NCBI GenBank assembly: GCA_025786725.1
Contig: JAHLTZ010000003.1
Coordinates: 372,001 to 436,000 of the forward strand
Source: Syncephalis fuscata S228
Taxonomy: Eukaryota; Fungi; Zoopagomycota
Reading direction: 5' to 3'
DNA: 64,000 nt
Shown: positions 39,135 to 53,157 of the stretch, piece after piece
Layout of the letters: the number at the start of each line of letters is the position of its first letter
Position numbering within the stretch: the first letter of the stretch is position 1
Position numbers and translations under genes: made by a program
Notes under the pieces: model-generated
Seen by the model: the letters and a program-made list of their open reading frames with translations, nothing else
Databases searched by the model: none
What the model was told of the DNA's origin: nothing

Positions 39135-40764
39135 TCAATTGCCAGTATATTGAGAGATAAACGCCTTTACTTCATTGGCCGATGGTACTGTAATGTTCTT
39201 ACCCGTAGCCGATTGAATAGCATCCTTGGCCTTAGATACAAGCTCATTGATCGAGACACCACCATTATAGCCTTGAATCATTTGCACTGCATCGGCGCCA
39301 ATACGTTTGACTAAATCAGATGTATCAGGAGAAGTCTTACAAACTGAACTACTTGGTCGCGAATCTCTTTCACAGCCGCCAATGGATCTTCACTGAATTT
39401 GACAGGAAAATTGATTTGCTTGCCATCCAAATAGCCAACAAACTCCTTAGTTGTCTTAATCAGCTCACTAAGAACATCTGGGCGATTGAAAAGAGCGGAT
39501 TTCGAAATATAACCAGGAATGCCATTTAGCACTTTGGTCAAGTTGACATTGCGTTGCCAGTAATATTGAGTATCCGAGTAGGAGATGTTATTCATCTTGC
39601 ACCACCATTCAGGTGTTGCCTTTGGAACACGAATACCAAGTATATTGGTACGGTCCGAACCATCTGGTGTCAAGTAAGCAAATGGATCTTTTTGCTCCTG
39701 TTGCTTTTTGCAGCCACACTGTGTGCTATTGCTTGATGCTGAAACAGTTGTCGTTGCTGTTTGGTTGGCAGCTGGAGCCGCAGCATTGTATTCACGACGA
39801 CGAAGAATCACCTCGACAGCACGTCGCAGCAAATTGCTGCCCATATCGCCAAGATCATCGTTACCCGATGCATCTGGTACTGGTGCATTTTTAACAGCTG
39901 CTGTCGCCTTATTCATATTGCTATAGGTGTAGCAGTATGGATCGGCCTTGGTATTGAATGTAGCACTAGCTTGGATGTTCCATGGAACAAGCATTTCGCT
40001 GGAAGCGGTTGGTCCATAGTCATTCTGATGGCCAAGAGCCTGCCATTCTGCCCAGTGTTTATCGACGAGCGAGTGATGCATCCAGAATACAAGATCGCTA
40101 GGCGATGACATGTGTGAAAATGATGCACCAATACCGTTGTGGACACGTGCATGTGCTGTGCCTTCATAGCCGCGTCGAAAAGTGTCATAATCCTTGGCTG
40201 ATGACTGCAGTTCAGCTACAAATTCTGAACCGTAAAATGCACCAAGCTGGTCAGTTCCTTTTCCATCAAATGCACGTGAGAAGCAACTGCCTTTTGTTGG
40301 GTAATATGGTCGATAATCCTTGAACTGACCATCAGTGACACATTGGCTACTGCCTTTACCATTAGTACCGAACCAGTCGGCACGGAAGATGGTGTTAACT
40401 TCGGGCGCTTGTGAATCGGCCGCCCAGTCCCAGTATGGTAAAGGAACGCTGGTACCACGTTTCTGAAATTCTGATTCAAACTGGCGAAATATTCACGATG
40501 CCATGGTAAAAAAGCAGGAACGCCGTGGGCTTGTGACGAATATGTAATGTGGATATTGATGAATTCGTCATATTTATTCGGCTGCGTCTCTGCCTGCATT
40601 TTTTTAATAGCATCAAAGAATGATTGGCGATCACTATCGGACAATTCACGAATTTCACGACGAACATTAATGGTTTTGCAATCGGCCTCTACATGCTGAA
40701 CACCGATGCTAGACGCTAAAATAATGGTGGCCGTTGCGGCCAACAAAGCAAATAGATTCTTCAT
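39135..40764 (-). CDS. Secreted tyrosinase paralogue 2 (several indels; end approximate)
   Basis: Signal peptide MKNLFALLAATATIILASS, VRREIR, HGVPAFLPWHR, PYWDW, HARVHNGIG and SPSDLVFWMHHSLVD, split over frames. Confidence 0.85.
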
Positions 40765-43700
40765 GGTGATTTATGATAATAAAATATAATCTGAAATATA
40801 TTGGTTAGCCTGCTAATGCTTGATGCGTGGTATAAAAGCGATTAGAGGAACAAATGACGAATGGTATATAGAGATGCAACAAAGACTAATGATTGATACA
40901 TCAAAGCTGCCAGTGCTTCAGCTACTAATATTACTTTTATAGAATAGAAATATTGTAGTGGGAACTAGGCGTTGATCTCTGCAATAGATATCTAAAAGAC
41001 AGCGGTTGTGAAAGGAAGGTTGTCGTGTGAACTACCCAACACTAATACTAGCTAAATAAACGTGAAGCGAAACAAATGTGTCAAGATGTGGCGGTGGAAA
41101 CGATATACGTTTAGTATGTGGAAACGGCCCAGATAGATAAACAAGCAGAAGCTAGTATGTGACCGTGCCAAAAGGAAGTCGAAGAAGCGTAAAAAATAAT
41201 AATGAAAATTAGAAAGAGCTATTCTAGTCGTAGTAAAAAACAGGCGGCACTTCAAAATACAATCAAAAAAGGAGCACGCGGAGTACTAAAAACAAGTAGA
41301 GACTCGAGAATGTGCTCCTGAAACATGATTGGGGGCCCTTAATAGGCATGTTGCCAAATATGTCGTGCAGTCTATGCAACCACTACCAAGTATGATATTT
41401 TACGAGCCGCAAGAAGAGAACTTAGGCGAGACTACGATAGCTGTAGCAAGTACGACATGTGTGGCGTAGTACGTATGATTAGAAATACCCCTTCTACAAC
41501 GTAGTATACAAGAGCCAAGCACTACGTAATAATTACGCTCTTTTTTCACAAAAGTAACATAGGCTTGCAACTTGAACAGGTTACTGCCATGCAAGCAGAC
41601 GACAACTTTCAATGAGCTGTATTCAATTGTTTCTTCAAAAGTACAACATTGATGCTGGTGCAGCCATTGAGTAATTGCGCGATAAAATATCGTCTACAGC
41701 ACCCGTAGCCGTTGTTGATACATAGTCATAGATTGTTGTACAGCAAAAAAACGAAGCAATGCGCAAACAGGTGTCGTTTTAGTTTTGTAACCTACCGTAG
41801 AAGTATTAGAGAAGAGCTATGTAGGCGGACCTATAGAGAGTGAATGAGTGAAGAGATGGCGCGGGATTAACAATTCTTAGTAAATTATTTTAAAGGTATA
41901 CAATACGACTAGTATCAACTAGTAAAAATATCCAGCTGAAATCATACCACTGGGATAAATTACGCTTGTTTACGTGATGAGTGGTGATAGCAATAGAATC
42001 ACCCGTAAAGCAAGAAGGTAAGAGTGTGGAGGAGTTGGTAAAGGAACTATTGAAAGCAAAAGGTCGAAAAGAAGATAAATAGAAAAGTGGCGGGAATAAT
42101 ATCTGGTAGAGGGTAACAATGTTGTGCGCGTAGGCGTCTTTGTCTTTGTCTGTGTGTGTGTATATGGCAGAGGTCTGTGGCTCCGCCGTTCAGTAATCAT
42201 GATGCTTTTAAGGCAATGACAATGCAGGCCTTTTCAAGGCAACATAAACGCTAATTGTACCACACAATATCCAGTAATTGTATGAACGATGACCAACAAG
42301 GAAAGGCCCAAGGGTATAGATGGTAGTCTAGTATATTAACTATTTCTGGATACGTGTGGCATTGTTGATGGGACACATATGTAGTAATGGATAGAGGCAT
42401 ACAAAAAAAGACGGCATTACCAATAGAGGAAATCAGCGGAAAATTGTTTAGGCTGGCCGATAATACGAAAACAATTGATATTGCTAATAAAGATGTTTTC
42501 AAACTATTACTACTTTTCACCCACCTAATGATGTTAATGATAATAATAATTGAATGAAATAAATCAAAGTTTGTAGTTAGATTTGAGTAATAATAATAAT
42601 AATATAGCTGGATAGATGGATGAGCTGTTCAATGATGCTGAATAGGGTGGCTGTTTACCAATAGCTTTGTGAATAGGTGGAGTAGCTATTAGTATTAGAT
42701 AAAATAATAAAGTGGATGTATAGTTAGTTATGATACAAAAGCGATATTGTTTATCTCACTGGCGATACGTATTTGTCTCTACGTCGGGTAAATTGAATGT
42801 CGATCTCAAATCGATGTTTGTAAAGGGGCAACAAGTGTACACGAGTGACCGCGCGTGCATCTCGCTCGTGCCATCAGTACTACTACATTTGTTTGTCTGC
42901 AATGATCATCGCAAAAACTTGGCCTGATTGTTCAAATGAATCGGTGCAGTGCTAAAAATGGGCACGCATTTTGCTGGGGGTTTCCGGTTGTTCAATTTCA
43001 ATCGCAAACTATTACCAATAAAAACATTGTTTAAAAATAATTGACGGAGCGACATGTTTGCCGGGCTAAAGTCGGTAATAATGACGATGCGAGCTATTTG
43101 ATTACAATCATTAAATTAAAAATAGAACAATGGTTATTGATTAATTTAATTGAAACGTGTGAAAAGTTAATAGCCGTATTTGATATCGGCTTGTTAATTC
43201 ATGTCCGATCTATGCGACCCAGCATCGGAATATGAAACCACTGATACTATTACAAAGGTAATTAAAGCTATACAAAGAATAAAAACAAAAACAGTGCTAG
43301 TAATAATGGAAATAATAAAAGTAGTTTAAACATGTAGCAAAATATGCATCAAAACTTGTACGAATATAGCCTAGATAATGATAGACGGCATTGTCAGTAG
43401 ATGACCATTCAAGATGTGCTTGAATGGAAGCATTGATAGGTTGAATGAGAGTTGAATTCTTGGATCTACCATTAATCCCACTTTACTTATTCCTCGTCCA
43501 ATTATCAACTTATCAATGCCAATAATACTGATTGCTTACTGTAATTATGCCATAAAATGATGCTAGTCTTTTACTTTAGAATGCATATTAACTTTCTTCT
43601 TACCTGTTGATCTAGTCGGATGAGCTGTCTACGCCACCCATTAATTCGTCCATCTCCTTTGCACGTAAATTATACAACCCCTAATTCTCTGCTAAATATT

Positions 43701-45220
43701 GTTCCTTACGCATAATGACCGCCACTGTAGTTGCATCAGTATTATACATGTTAACATTTAGATAAAACAATGCTAGCCACGCTCTTGTGTATCGTTTATT
43801 CGTACTCGCCATGCCAAGTTGTGATGGCTCAAGCTACTAATAAACTGCTTTCTTTAACCACTGATTAGCACTATGGCGTATAGTACTTGTTCTATTAACC
43901 TATCTCCTTTTCCCCACAGCTAGGCGCACTTCTATGTTTCTATGTTTAGATCGCGTGTGCAACACGCAATAAATGATAGTCGCCACGCTACTCCTGGGGA
44001 GATGCGCGTAGCATCTGCATATCCATATGACGTTTCCCATAGTAGTTGCATTTTTAGAATTCATAAACAATAGCTAGCATATCTAGTCGCAAAATCAAAT
44101 TTGATTTAGCGCATGCATGAAATGAACTGCTCGTCGTCGTTTATTACAAAATAACGTAACGTAAATCGCCTCAAAAGCAAACCGCCAAGCATCTATACTC
44201 TACTATTCACACCATTTTTCCTATTCTCGGTATAATCGCACGGCGACATCGCACACTATCATATCTATTTATTTATACTTCAAACCATCTTGCGTCTTAG
44301 TGCATTTCGATTGAGAGATAAGCAAAGCACCGGCCTACTACCATACATTCCTTTGCTGTTTAGAAGCGCCAATAGGTACAATTCTTGGCATTTCTGCGGT
44401 CCACATAGATAGATTGGCTTGTTGTCTGTTCTTAATATAGCTGTTTTGCCAACAATCAGGTAAGCATAGCGGTTTTATTGAGCTCTATTGGGTTTAAATC
44501 TATTTTGATGGCACTATTGTTTTCTATATTCTAATAAATAATCAGCAATGTTTTGCCAATGAAGACAAGCAAATGGCAAGTGCATGGTCTACTCAATGGC
44601 GTGCCATGCAGCCTGGCAAGCCACCTGCACTTTGATGCATGGTAATGCACGAGTTTACTATTGACCTTACACTTTTCATTGTCATGTCTATACGTATGTC
44701 ACACTCTCATCCTATTTACTTGGCTATCATGCGTTCTTATGCACACTTCATACACACTCTCAGACACACCGCATGTGTTTCAGTCTGATGAAGAGTACGC
44801 CGGTCAATTACTTAGTAGTATAACCGTCTAAACTACCTATAGGCCGTGCTTTTGGTACCGGTTAGGTAGGACAAAACAAGTCATTGTATCACAGACATTT
44901 GCATGCTATCCTTGTTGCCGCATTGCGACAGTTATTGTCAGGGTAGTAGACGAAATATAAAAGCAATGCTGGTGGCTTGTCTACTCAAACGCAATACTCC
45001 TTGTCCGCCTACTTTATTTGTTCTTACCTTCGTTAAACCCTTACCGGGCACCCTTTGTGTAGTCTCATACGTCGCAGGCCGTCGTTTTAAATACTGTTTT
45101 TACCACTATTGTGCACTAACTTGCAATATTTCGTATATAATTGTATTAACACACAGTTTGTCCAATCCTACCATCATACCATTCATTAGGATTTGTTATT
45201 TTAAATTCAATTAATACAAA

Positions 45221-46957
45221 ATGCGCTTTTTTATTAAACAAGTGGTGGTGCTTGGCGCCATTGCTAGCGCTGCTTTATTCGGACGCTCAGACGCCAAATG
45301 CCAGGAAATCCGTGTACGTCGAGAGATCCGTGATTTAAACGAAGATGAATTAAATATGTTTATTACGGCCTTAAGAAGCATTATGTTTAACGCAAGTCCA
45401 AGTACTTTCGATAGCTTTTCCCATCTACATTACATAAATAGTCCTAAGGCCCATAACACACCGGCTTTCTTGGCCTGGCATCGTAAATTCATACTGGATG
45501 TAGAGAACGAGATAAGAAAGAATCACACAGATTTCGTTTTGCCTTATTGGGACTGGACATCTGAAGCTCAAGCACCCGAGTTGTCACCCATTTTGTCAAA
45601 CAGCTATTTTGGCAGTAATGGATATGGTGACAACAAATGCATCCAAGATGGCCCATTTAAAGATTTTGTACCGCATTACACTCAATACTATAAAGGCTGC
45701 CTTGCTCGCGACTTTAACAACAATAACACTTATGTCGGCAACACAATTACACCATTCTACACCCAGGAACAAACAGTCAATTTACTGACTAAGCATGGTA
45801 ATTTTGATGATTTCTCATCCCGTTTGGAAGCCGTGCCACATGCTTATGTGCATAATGGCATTGGTGGCGGATTCTCTACAATGAACAGCCCAAATGATCC
45901 GCTATTTTACATGCACCATGGATTTTTAGACAAATTATGGGCCGATTGGCAAAACACGTATTCGAATGTTACGCATCCACTAGGCACGATTATTAAGCCG
46001 GACTATTTGCTTGAACCATGGAATGTAACTGCTGGATCAATGTTATATACCGTTGACGACTTGTGCTATCGTTATGCTAATCCTACGGCTGCATATGCCA
46101 ATAAAACTCAAGAGCAGCCACAGCAAATGAACAATAAGCTACGACGACGCATGCCAAGCTATTCGGCCGTTGCACAGCCTCGTTTCGGTGCCAATAATGA
46201 CGAAACACCGGTAGCACCTCGTCCTTCTACCTCTAATAATGAACAAGCCTATAAACCTCTAGCTATGGACCGTGAAGATTTGACCAAGCTACGTGCACCA
46301 TTGCCAATTTCTGAATCATGGTGCAAGATGAATCGGCTCAATATTACACGTGTGCGCGAGTATGAAAGCGAGGAACGTGAATTTATTCAGAAGCTAAACA
46401 AAATCCCCAACTACGTATCTCCATCAGCTTTATGGAATAAGGACGACTCGATGAAGAAGCTAGTAGCCACTGGCAAAGTCAAGCAATTTTCGGCTTACGT
46501 TGACGGTAAAAAGGTAGTGGTACCTGTAACAGCTGGCAGCAATCCCACCGATGCTGTGGCCCGCACTAGAAACACGCTACTTCAATCTGGTCTTCATATT
46601 CTTAGTCCTAATGAAATGGTCGCCAATCTTCAAATGATTATTGGTGATGGTGTCATTAAGAGTTTGGACAGTCTTTTGGGCAATACACCTATCCTGGGTG
46701 GTCTACTTAATGGCGGTCTACTTGGCGGCGGCAATAGCGACAACGCGTCAAACAAAGGTCTACTAGGCACCGGTCTACTTGGTGGTGGCAATGCAAATAA
46801 ATCACGTGGATCGACCAATGCTGACATTAATGTAGATGCCAGCGTTGAAGCCAATGCTAAAGCATCTACATCTTATGGCCGTGGACAGTCTACAGATAAC
46901 AACAAAGCCACCCATAGCTCATCGGGTCTCCTGGGCGGTCTTGTGAAGCTTCGTTGA
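45221..46957 (+). CDS. Secreted tyrosinase paralogue 3 (intact, single exon, Gly/Leu-rich tail)
   Basis: Signal peptide, VRREIR, HNTPAFLAWHR, PYWDW, HAYVHNGIGG and SPNDPLFYMHHGFLD; GLLGG repeats at the C-terminus. Confidence 0.95.
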   Translation: MRFFIKQVVVLGAIASAALFGRSDAKCQEIRVRREIRDLNEDELNMFITALRSIMFNASPSTFDSFSHLHYINSPKAHNTPAFLAWHRKFILDVENEIRKNHTDFVLPYWDWTSEAQAPELSPILSNSYFGSNGYGDNKCIQDGPFKDFVPHYTQYYKGCLARDFNNNNTYVGNTITPFYTQEQTVNLLTKHGNFDDFSSRLEAVPHAYVHNGIGGGFSTMNSPNDPLFYMHHGFLDKLWADWQNTYSNVTHPLGTIIKPDYLLEPWNVTAGSMLYTVDDLCYRYANPTAAYANKTQEQPQQMNNKLRRRMPSYSAVAQPRFGANNDETPVAPRPSTSNNEQAYKPLAMDREDLTKLRAPLPISESWCKMNRLNITRVREYESEEREFIQKLNKIPNYVSPSALWNKDDSMKKLVATGKVKQFSAYVDGKKVVVPVTAGSNPTDAVARTRNTLLQSGLHILSPNEMVANLQMIIGDGVIKSLDSLLGNTPILGGLLNGGLLGGGNSDNASNKGLLGTGLLGGGNANKSRGSTNADINVDASVEANAKASTSYGRGQSTDNNKATHSSSGLLGGLVKLR

Positions 46958-47401
46958 GCAGCTTTACGAGTAATAAGCCTTTAAACATTATAATTCAAAA
47001 ACACTTTTATAACTCTACGATTATTTCATTTATTTCCTTTACTAAGCAACGTCCAACAAGATGTATTTGCTTTATTAATGGTGCAGCAAGATGTGCACAC
47101 TGGTTGATCACATCTTTTGTCAATAAATAACATTATACAATATAAATATTATGTCTTTTATGTTTTAGATAACACTTTGCAAATGGTGACATAAATAGCC
47201 CATTGTATTTATTCATTAATTAGATATGAGGCTAGCAATATAAATTATCGCCAATATTTAACTAAAGCAGCGTATTTTTATAAATAGTGGCAAACAAGAT
47301 TCAATTAAACATTAACTATGGCCATACAGTTACCTGTTTTATTTATTATTGCAATCAACAGCGTATTTACAAGTCTATAATATAACAGACTCGATAAAAC
47401 A

Positions 47402-49190
47402 ATGCCGCCACGCTCAAATTCCGGTGAACCAACACATGTTCATGGCTTGCGTCATCAGGTAAGCACGCAGTTGCGAGTGAATAAGCAATGCATACTCATC
47501 GATAGTTGACAATTCACAATCTATATTCCTTAACAATAACGACAACAACTAGGTGCGCTGCTTAACCGCCTTGTCAGCTTCGGAGGAGCAAGCACTATTT
47601 CTAACGGCTACCTGGAGTCCTCGTAGCGATAACCAAATTCACTTGGTTGAGGTAGACGAAGAACAAGCTAAGCCGCTACGTGCTCGCGTATTTCAACATG
47701 ACGCGGCCATTTGGCATATGGCAAGCCATCCAAAAAAGCTGGGACTTGTTGCTTGTTGCGAGGATCGTCCACTAAATGAAAAGCAGCGTCTAGTTAAATT
47801 GATAAAAATACCTGGACTAAATGCAGATAGTGCTGCATCTGTATCGTCGTCAACATCTGATATTAATAATTCACCATCTAGTACACTACCATCCCACCAT
47901 CAAGTCAAAATGCACGATCAACTGGGCGCGAGACGGTTAACGTTGTTGCTACACTAGAGAAAACTAACACTCAGACGGCAACAACAACAAATCTTACACA
48001 ATGGTAACATGAACTATTTACTAACATATACACCTATACCAATACTCATACTATTTAATGTTTAGGCTTACGTGGGAGCCACTACACGGTAACCAGCTAT
48101 GTACAGTTGATAGTGATGCGTTAAACCTATGGTCATGGAAAGAAGGCGATGGACTAGCAGTAGGTAGTATTAACTTATGTTAACTCTATTAATCACAGCT
48201 GCCATTAGTTACTCAACACGCTAAATACATCAAGTAATAATGAAAGCAATAATAAATCTGATATTTATCGACAGGCCGCATGGAGTCGACATCGTTCAAC
48301 GTTGGTAAGCGTTGATGGATCTACCATACGTGGATGGGATACACGACACAATAAGTAATATTGAATATTTATTATTATTACTATTATTATTATATTTTAA
48401 CGCATTTATTTATATTTAATGCACGTAGACAAGTCTACACTGTACCACTGGCCCATGACGGTAATATACGTGCAGTCGACTGCAATCCAAATGTCCCTCA
48501 TCGATTTGCCACAGGAGGCGATGATGGTGTGGCACGAATATGGGATGCACGAAAATTACAAAGTTCGTGGATGGAATTGGCGGGGCATACGCATTGGTGG
48601 GTATAATGTGCTATTAAAATGACGTAATAAGCTAACAACAGGGTAGGATATGGTCAATTGCCTATCATCCAATGCACGATCAATTGCTATTGACCGGCGG
48701 CAGCGATGCACATGTCAATCTCCAAAGCGCAGTAACCGTATCATCTGCAGCTTATGGTAGTGGTGATCCCGAAGAAAATACTTCAGATTGGAGTGCTGAA
48801 GGAGGAGAAGAAAATGGCCCAACTATAGCAAGTTCTACAGTCATATCTAGCTTTAATATGAATCAATTAGCTAGTCAATCGCCTAGCACGCTTCAACTAC
48901 CTTCGCCGTTGGGTAATGTGCCTTTAAGTAGACGGTCCTCTTCAAGGCAAGTAACACACACACACACAAATGTGTACTGCTGTTTAGTGCATGCTAGCAT
49001 CAACCATACTTACACTAACTATAGACGACCTACGAATGGCCTTATCAAGACATTCACCGACCACGACGATAGTGTCTATGGTGTGGCATGGAGTCAGGCT
49101 AATCCATGGCTAATTGCCTCTATATCATACTCGGGACGATTGGTCATGTCCTATGTTCCTAGTGAGGAAAAATACAAAATCTTATTGTAA
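47402..49190 (+). CDS. EIPR1: EIPR1/TSSC1 WD40 protein, multi-exon
   Basis: N-terminal VHGLRHQ|VRCLT, DNQIHLV, AHDGNIRAVDCNPN, GHTHWIW, HDQLLLTGGSD, HDDSVYGVAWS and terminal EKYKILL. Confidence 0.88.
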
Positions 49191-49747
49191 TCTATAATAA
49201 TGACTACAGTATATATATGTTTATTCGTGGCGATAATATAATACATAATAAAATATACACATTGATAATATGGACAGCTGATTGCCCATTGTTTGCAAAT
49301 ATAGTACACTTTCCAAAAAAGTGCCAACCAAGTATTGTCTCAATTTAGTAATGGATTGGTTATTAGCATCCTTGTATCTATTCGTTGTGCAACTGTAATG
49401 GGACGAATTACAAACCACTGGGCACATGGTGCCCGAGTTGTAAACCAGATAGACACAAACAAACGGGTGCACAGATATAGCCGAAAACGGGTTCATTGAC
49501 TATTAAACAAGGCGGTAACATAGACTACAGCTACCTGATATGTAAGGTTTGCATGTCACATGGACTTGTATACAGTACTGGAGTAATATGCACTGGTGCT
49601 GACCATTAAAAATATACCTTTAATTTGACCATCAATAAACAATACTTAAACTGGGATTTAATTGACCTGTCTGCATAAACATAGTTTCCATCGTTTGTTG
49701 TTTAGTTCCACAGTATATAGATTACTATAGCATTTATTTGCTTTAAA

Positions 49748-50675
49748 ATGGCCGATAACCAATCTGATTTACAGTATCTTTGGGGAGTTATTCCTATAGA
49801 TCCTTCGGGTGAACAATCTGCATGGGATTTTTTTATGCTTCATACAAGCGTGGAGGAAGCACGAGAAAGAGCTCAAGCTTTTTTCCTGCAAGCTTGCATG
49901 ACCACAGTGGTATTTGTAGTGTTTATACGTAATCTTTGGCATGCTTCTATACTTGTATACAAAAAACCTACAAGTGTTGGCAGTTGGTGCTGTTTTCTTC
50001 CCGCCTTGGTAGGCACTATTTCCGGTGCCATGGATATGACCTTGATTATGCCGAATGGACTATCCTGTCGTGTGTGTAATATGACCTATTCGTTTGGTGT
50101 TACACTATCGAGTATGTGTGTTAGTGTTTGTTTGCTGTTACGGCCTACATTATTGTTAATAAGAGCCGTGTATTGCTGGCGGTGGGTATTGCTTTAATAT
50201 TGCCGGTACCTGCCATACTTTGGATGTTTTGGCGCAGAGTCGATCAGTGAATACTGCGGAGAACTCCTGTGCCTACGAATTTCCGTCGTATCTTCCCTGG
50301 TATCGATTGGCGCTCGATGTTTCAATTAATACAGTATTTTCGACTATATTTCTTAATGTGGTGATTAAACAGTATAACAACATGGGTAACAAATGCTGGA
50401 AGAAACTACACTCGGATGGTTTATTCTACCTGCTCTGTGTGGTGCTGTCCAACATATCTTGTGCATTTATCATAGCATTTAAACTTTTTGGCGGCCTTAG
50501 TGAAATAATGTTTTTCTTCGATTGTAAGTACATAAGATAACCATTTAGAACAGCCATTAATATCTATTTAGGGGTGATAACTTCAATGCTACTTATTCAT
50601 CAGCATGAAGGCATGCGGGAAGCTTTTTATTCCTATAATTATTCTTCAGATTCCAACAAACTGCACTACCGCTAA
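49748..50675 (+). CDS. Multi-pass membrane protein of unknown function (GPCR-like topology); indel(s) near 50140-50220, intron 50524-50571
   Basis: Several long hydrophobic segments in ORFs 49748 and 50220; splicing extends to WVITSMLLIH..YR*. Confidence 0.6.
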
Positions 50676-51134
50676 AACAAACTCTAAATAATGATATTTC
50701 GTATAAAAAATATACAACTTTAATTATTTGTTTTGCACGTTAGCGGTAGAATGTAGATTTAAAATATATATTATGTCATTTTATTAAATGTAATATTTAA
50801 ATAATAAACATTAAAAATTGTTTATTTTTTACCACGGTGACAGTGTCAAATATTTTAGTATATTGAATGAAGCAAGCTGTTGATTACTAAAATGTATGTT
50901 TTTATTTCATTGGCATTTTTTAACTTTGTAAATATTAGTTTGATTTCAAATAAACTTTATTAAAACTAAATTAGTAAATGTTTTAGTAACAGTGTCAATT
51001 TTAAACAAGTTTATGCTTTAAAATCTTGTGCATTTATTACTTTATTTACACAATTCATTAACAATTTTGGCTAATTCTATATTAGAGAAAATAGTCATTG
51101 TTTTATAGCGATTGGTAAATCGTAAAATTAGTGC

Positions 51135-52114
51135 TTAAAATTTTACTTTTTCGCTAAGCTGTTTACAAGTTATTCCTTCTCCATTCTTAGAAAAACCTTT
51201 TACAATAGGAGTTTCAAGCCATGGATCGAGCAATTGGTCAATGACGTATATGATACCGTTGTTAACGTTAATCGTAGATGCTACAACAACGGCACAGTTA
51301 ACCTGCATACGTTTGGACCCCATATAGACTAAAAGCGATTTGGGATCATTATTAGTGTCAAGAGCGGCTGTTGGTACAAATGATTGTGTATATGATGACC
51401 ATCTACCAAAGTCATAACTATGATCACTGATCAAATGGTAGGCCAACATATGTTCTAAATAGCCTTGTCCTTCTTTAGTTTTTGCCCGTTCCTCCCAGCT
51501 ATCGGCTAATTGGAATTTACTGTTAACAGGAACAAATATCTAAACAACACAATGTTAATGTCAATCTAATGTGTATAATAATAATAACAGTAGAGTAATA
51601 AAAGAAAAAGTACTTACCGTGCATCGTTGTGCCTTATTACTAAGGTATTTTTTAAACATGCTCGATGTATTGATTATTTTTGCAAAATTGCTCAAGTTTT
51701 GCACATTGCTCAATACATCCATAATAGTAAGATTGCTGTAGGTCTTGTTCTCTGATAACTCAAAGCCAGGCATTAAGCTAAGCGGAGGATAGCTTCCAGG
51801 AAGCTTGTTAGGCAGTATACCTTTTCAATAAGAGGTGGTACTGAATTTCTTTTTACTTCATTTTGTGGCGTTGTTCTGGTTTGTGCTGTTGCATTAGCTT
51901 GTGTTGTTGTTTTAACTTGTGGCTCTGCTCCAGTTTGTGGTCCTACTTTGGTTTGCGCCGTTGTTTCAGTTCGCGTCATTGTTGTGGCTTGTGGGCCTGT
52001 TCCAGCTTGTGCTGCTGCATTGGCTTGTGCTGTTGCTTCAATTTGCGGTTTAGCAAACGCTAAGCTGTACATGAAAACTGCTAAAAGCTGATATAAAACT
52101 ATCAGCTTTAACAT
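51135..52114 (-). CDS. Secreted fasciclin (FAS1) domain protein with 6-aa Thr/Gln-rich repeats
   Basis: Signal MLKLIVLYQLLAVFMYSLAFA; TIMDVL..LSNFAKII, T|IFVPVN, LAYHLI and NGIIYVIDQLL are FAS1 H1/H2 motifs. Confidence 0.8.
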
Positions 52115-53157
52115 ATTCTTAATCTTTAAATGACGCAACATTGAATGAATATGCAATTTAAACATATAAATTGTGCTAAAATAGCTGACTATCTTAATAC
52201 GATACCAGCTTTGGCTTTGAAGATGCTAGAAATGCTAGAGAAATGCAATGGAAATGTCAAAGATACTTTGCAACAATAATGAGAAGAAAAGCTTTGTCAA
52301 ATTATAGCTGCCATGCTAGCCAGGACTTTGCTGCTGTTTATTCAATAGCAAAGGACCAAAGGATTGTATTTATTGGCTACAGCGTTTATCAATAGCCATT
52401 AAATCATACTATAATTTAATGGTCAAATGACTAGCATTTACATACTTGAACTACGCATTCTTTCTATTGAACATGATGATGGATGGTGAATGGCATTAAA
52501 GTTTAAAATGTTTATCATTATAAATTTATTATTGAGTATGCATATACCTTCTATCCACCTATCGTTAACAGTGTATGCTTATACTACTATATATCATTAT
52601 ATGACATACTAGGCACATTTTATTCTATATCATTTCATTTGGCTTCAAACTATTCTAAACTAGTAATAAATTGTTTAGTATTAGTGTGTTGAAAATAATA
52701 TAAATAAATCATTGCTATTATTGTTAAAATGGACACTATCATCATAGCTGTATTAAATGTAACTAACTGTGATGTGTTAATATCTGTAAAAAACTATTAT
52801 ATTGAATTAATAACGTTGTAGCCATTGCAAGTGGGCTTCTAAAAGGAAGACCAAGATTGAATCACTTTCTGTTTATCAATTTGCATTTGATCAACTCGTC
52901 TTGATTTTTTCATAGTGGGCGCGTCGTTATTCCACAAGTGCCATCCAAGTTGTAAACAGCACTCGCTTATACACGCTTTTCACTCCTGCAGTATTTTAGT
53001 TACTTTTTACCTGCAAGCGTCGGTTACTTTGTCGATCTGTTCTCTAGTCCAGTTTGGCACTAATTGTGCCGACTCTCTTGCTCCTCTGGGTGCTTGATTC
53101 CCTGGGGTAATTAAAAGTGTGTAGATCCATATGCTTGAACAGAACATAGAAATTACG

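Noticed and set aside
40800-45200. Short ORFs in the 4.4-kb region between divergent tyrosinases
   Set aside because: No recognisable motifs or exon structure; probably regulatory or intergenic.
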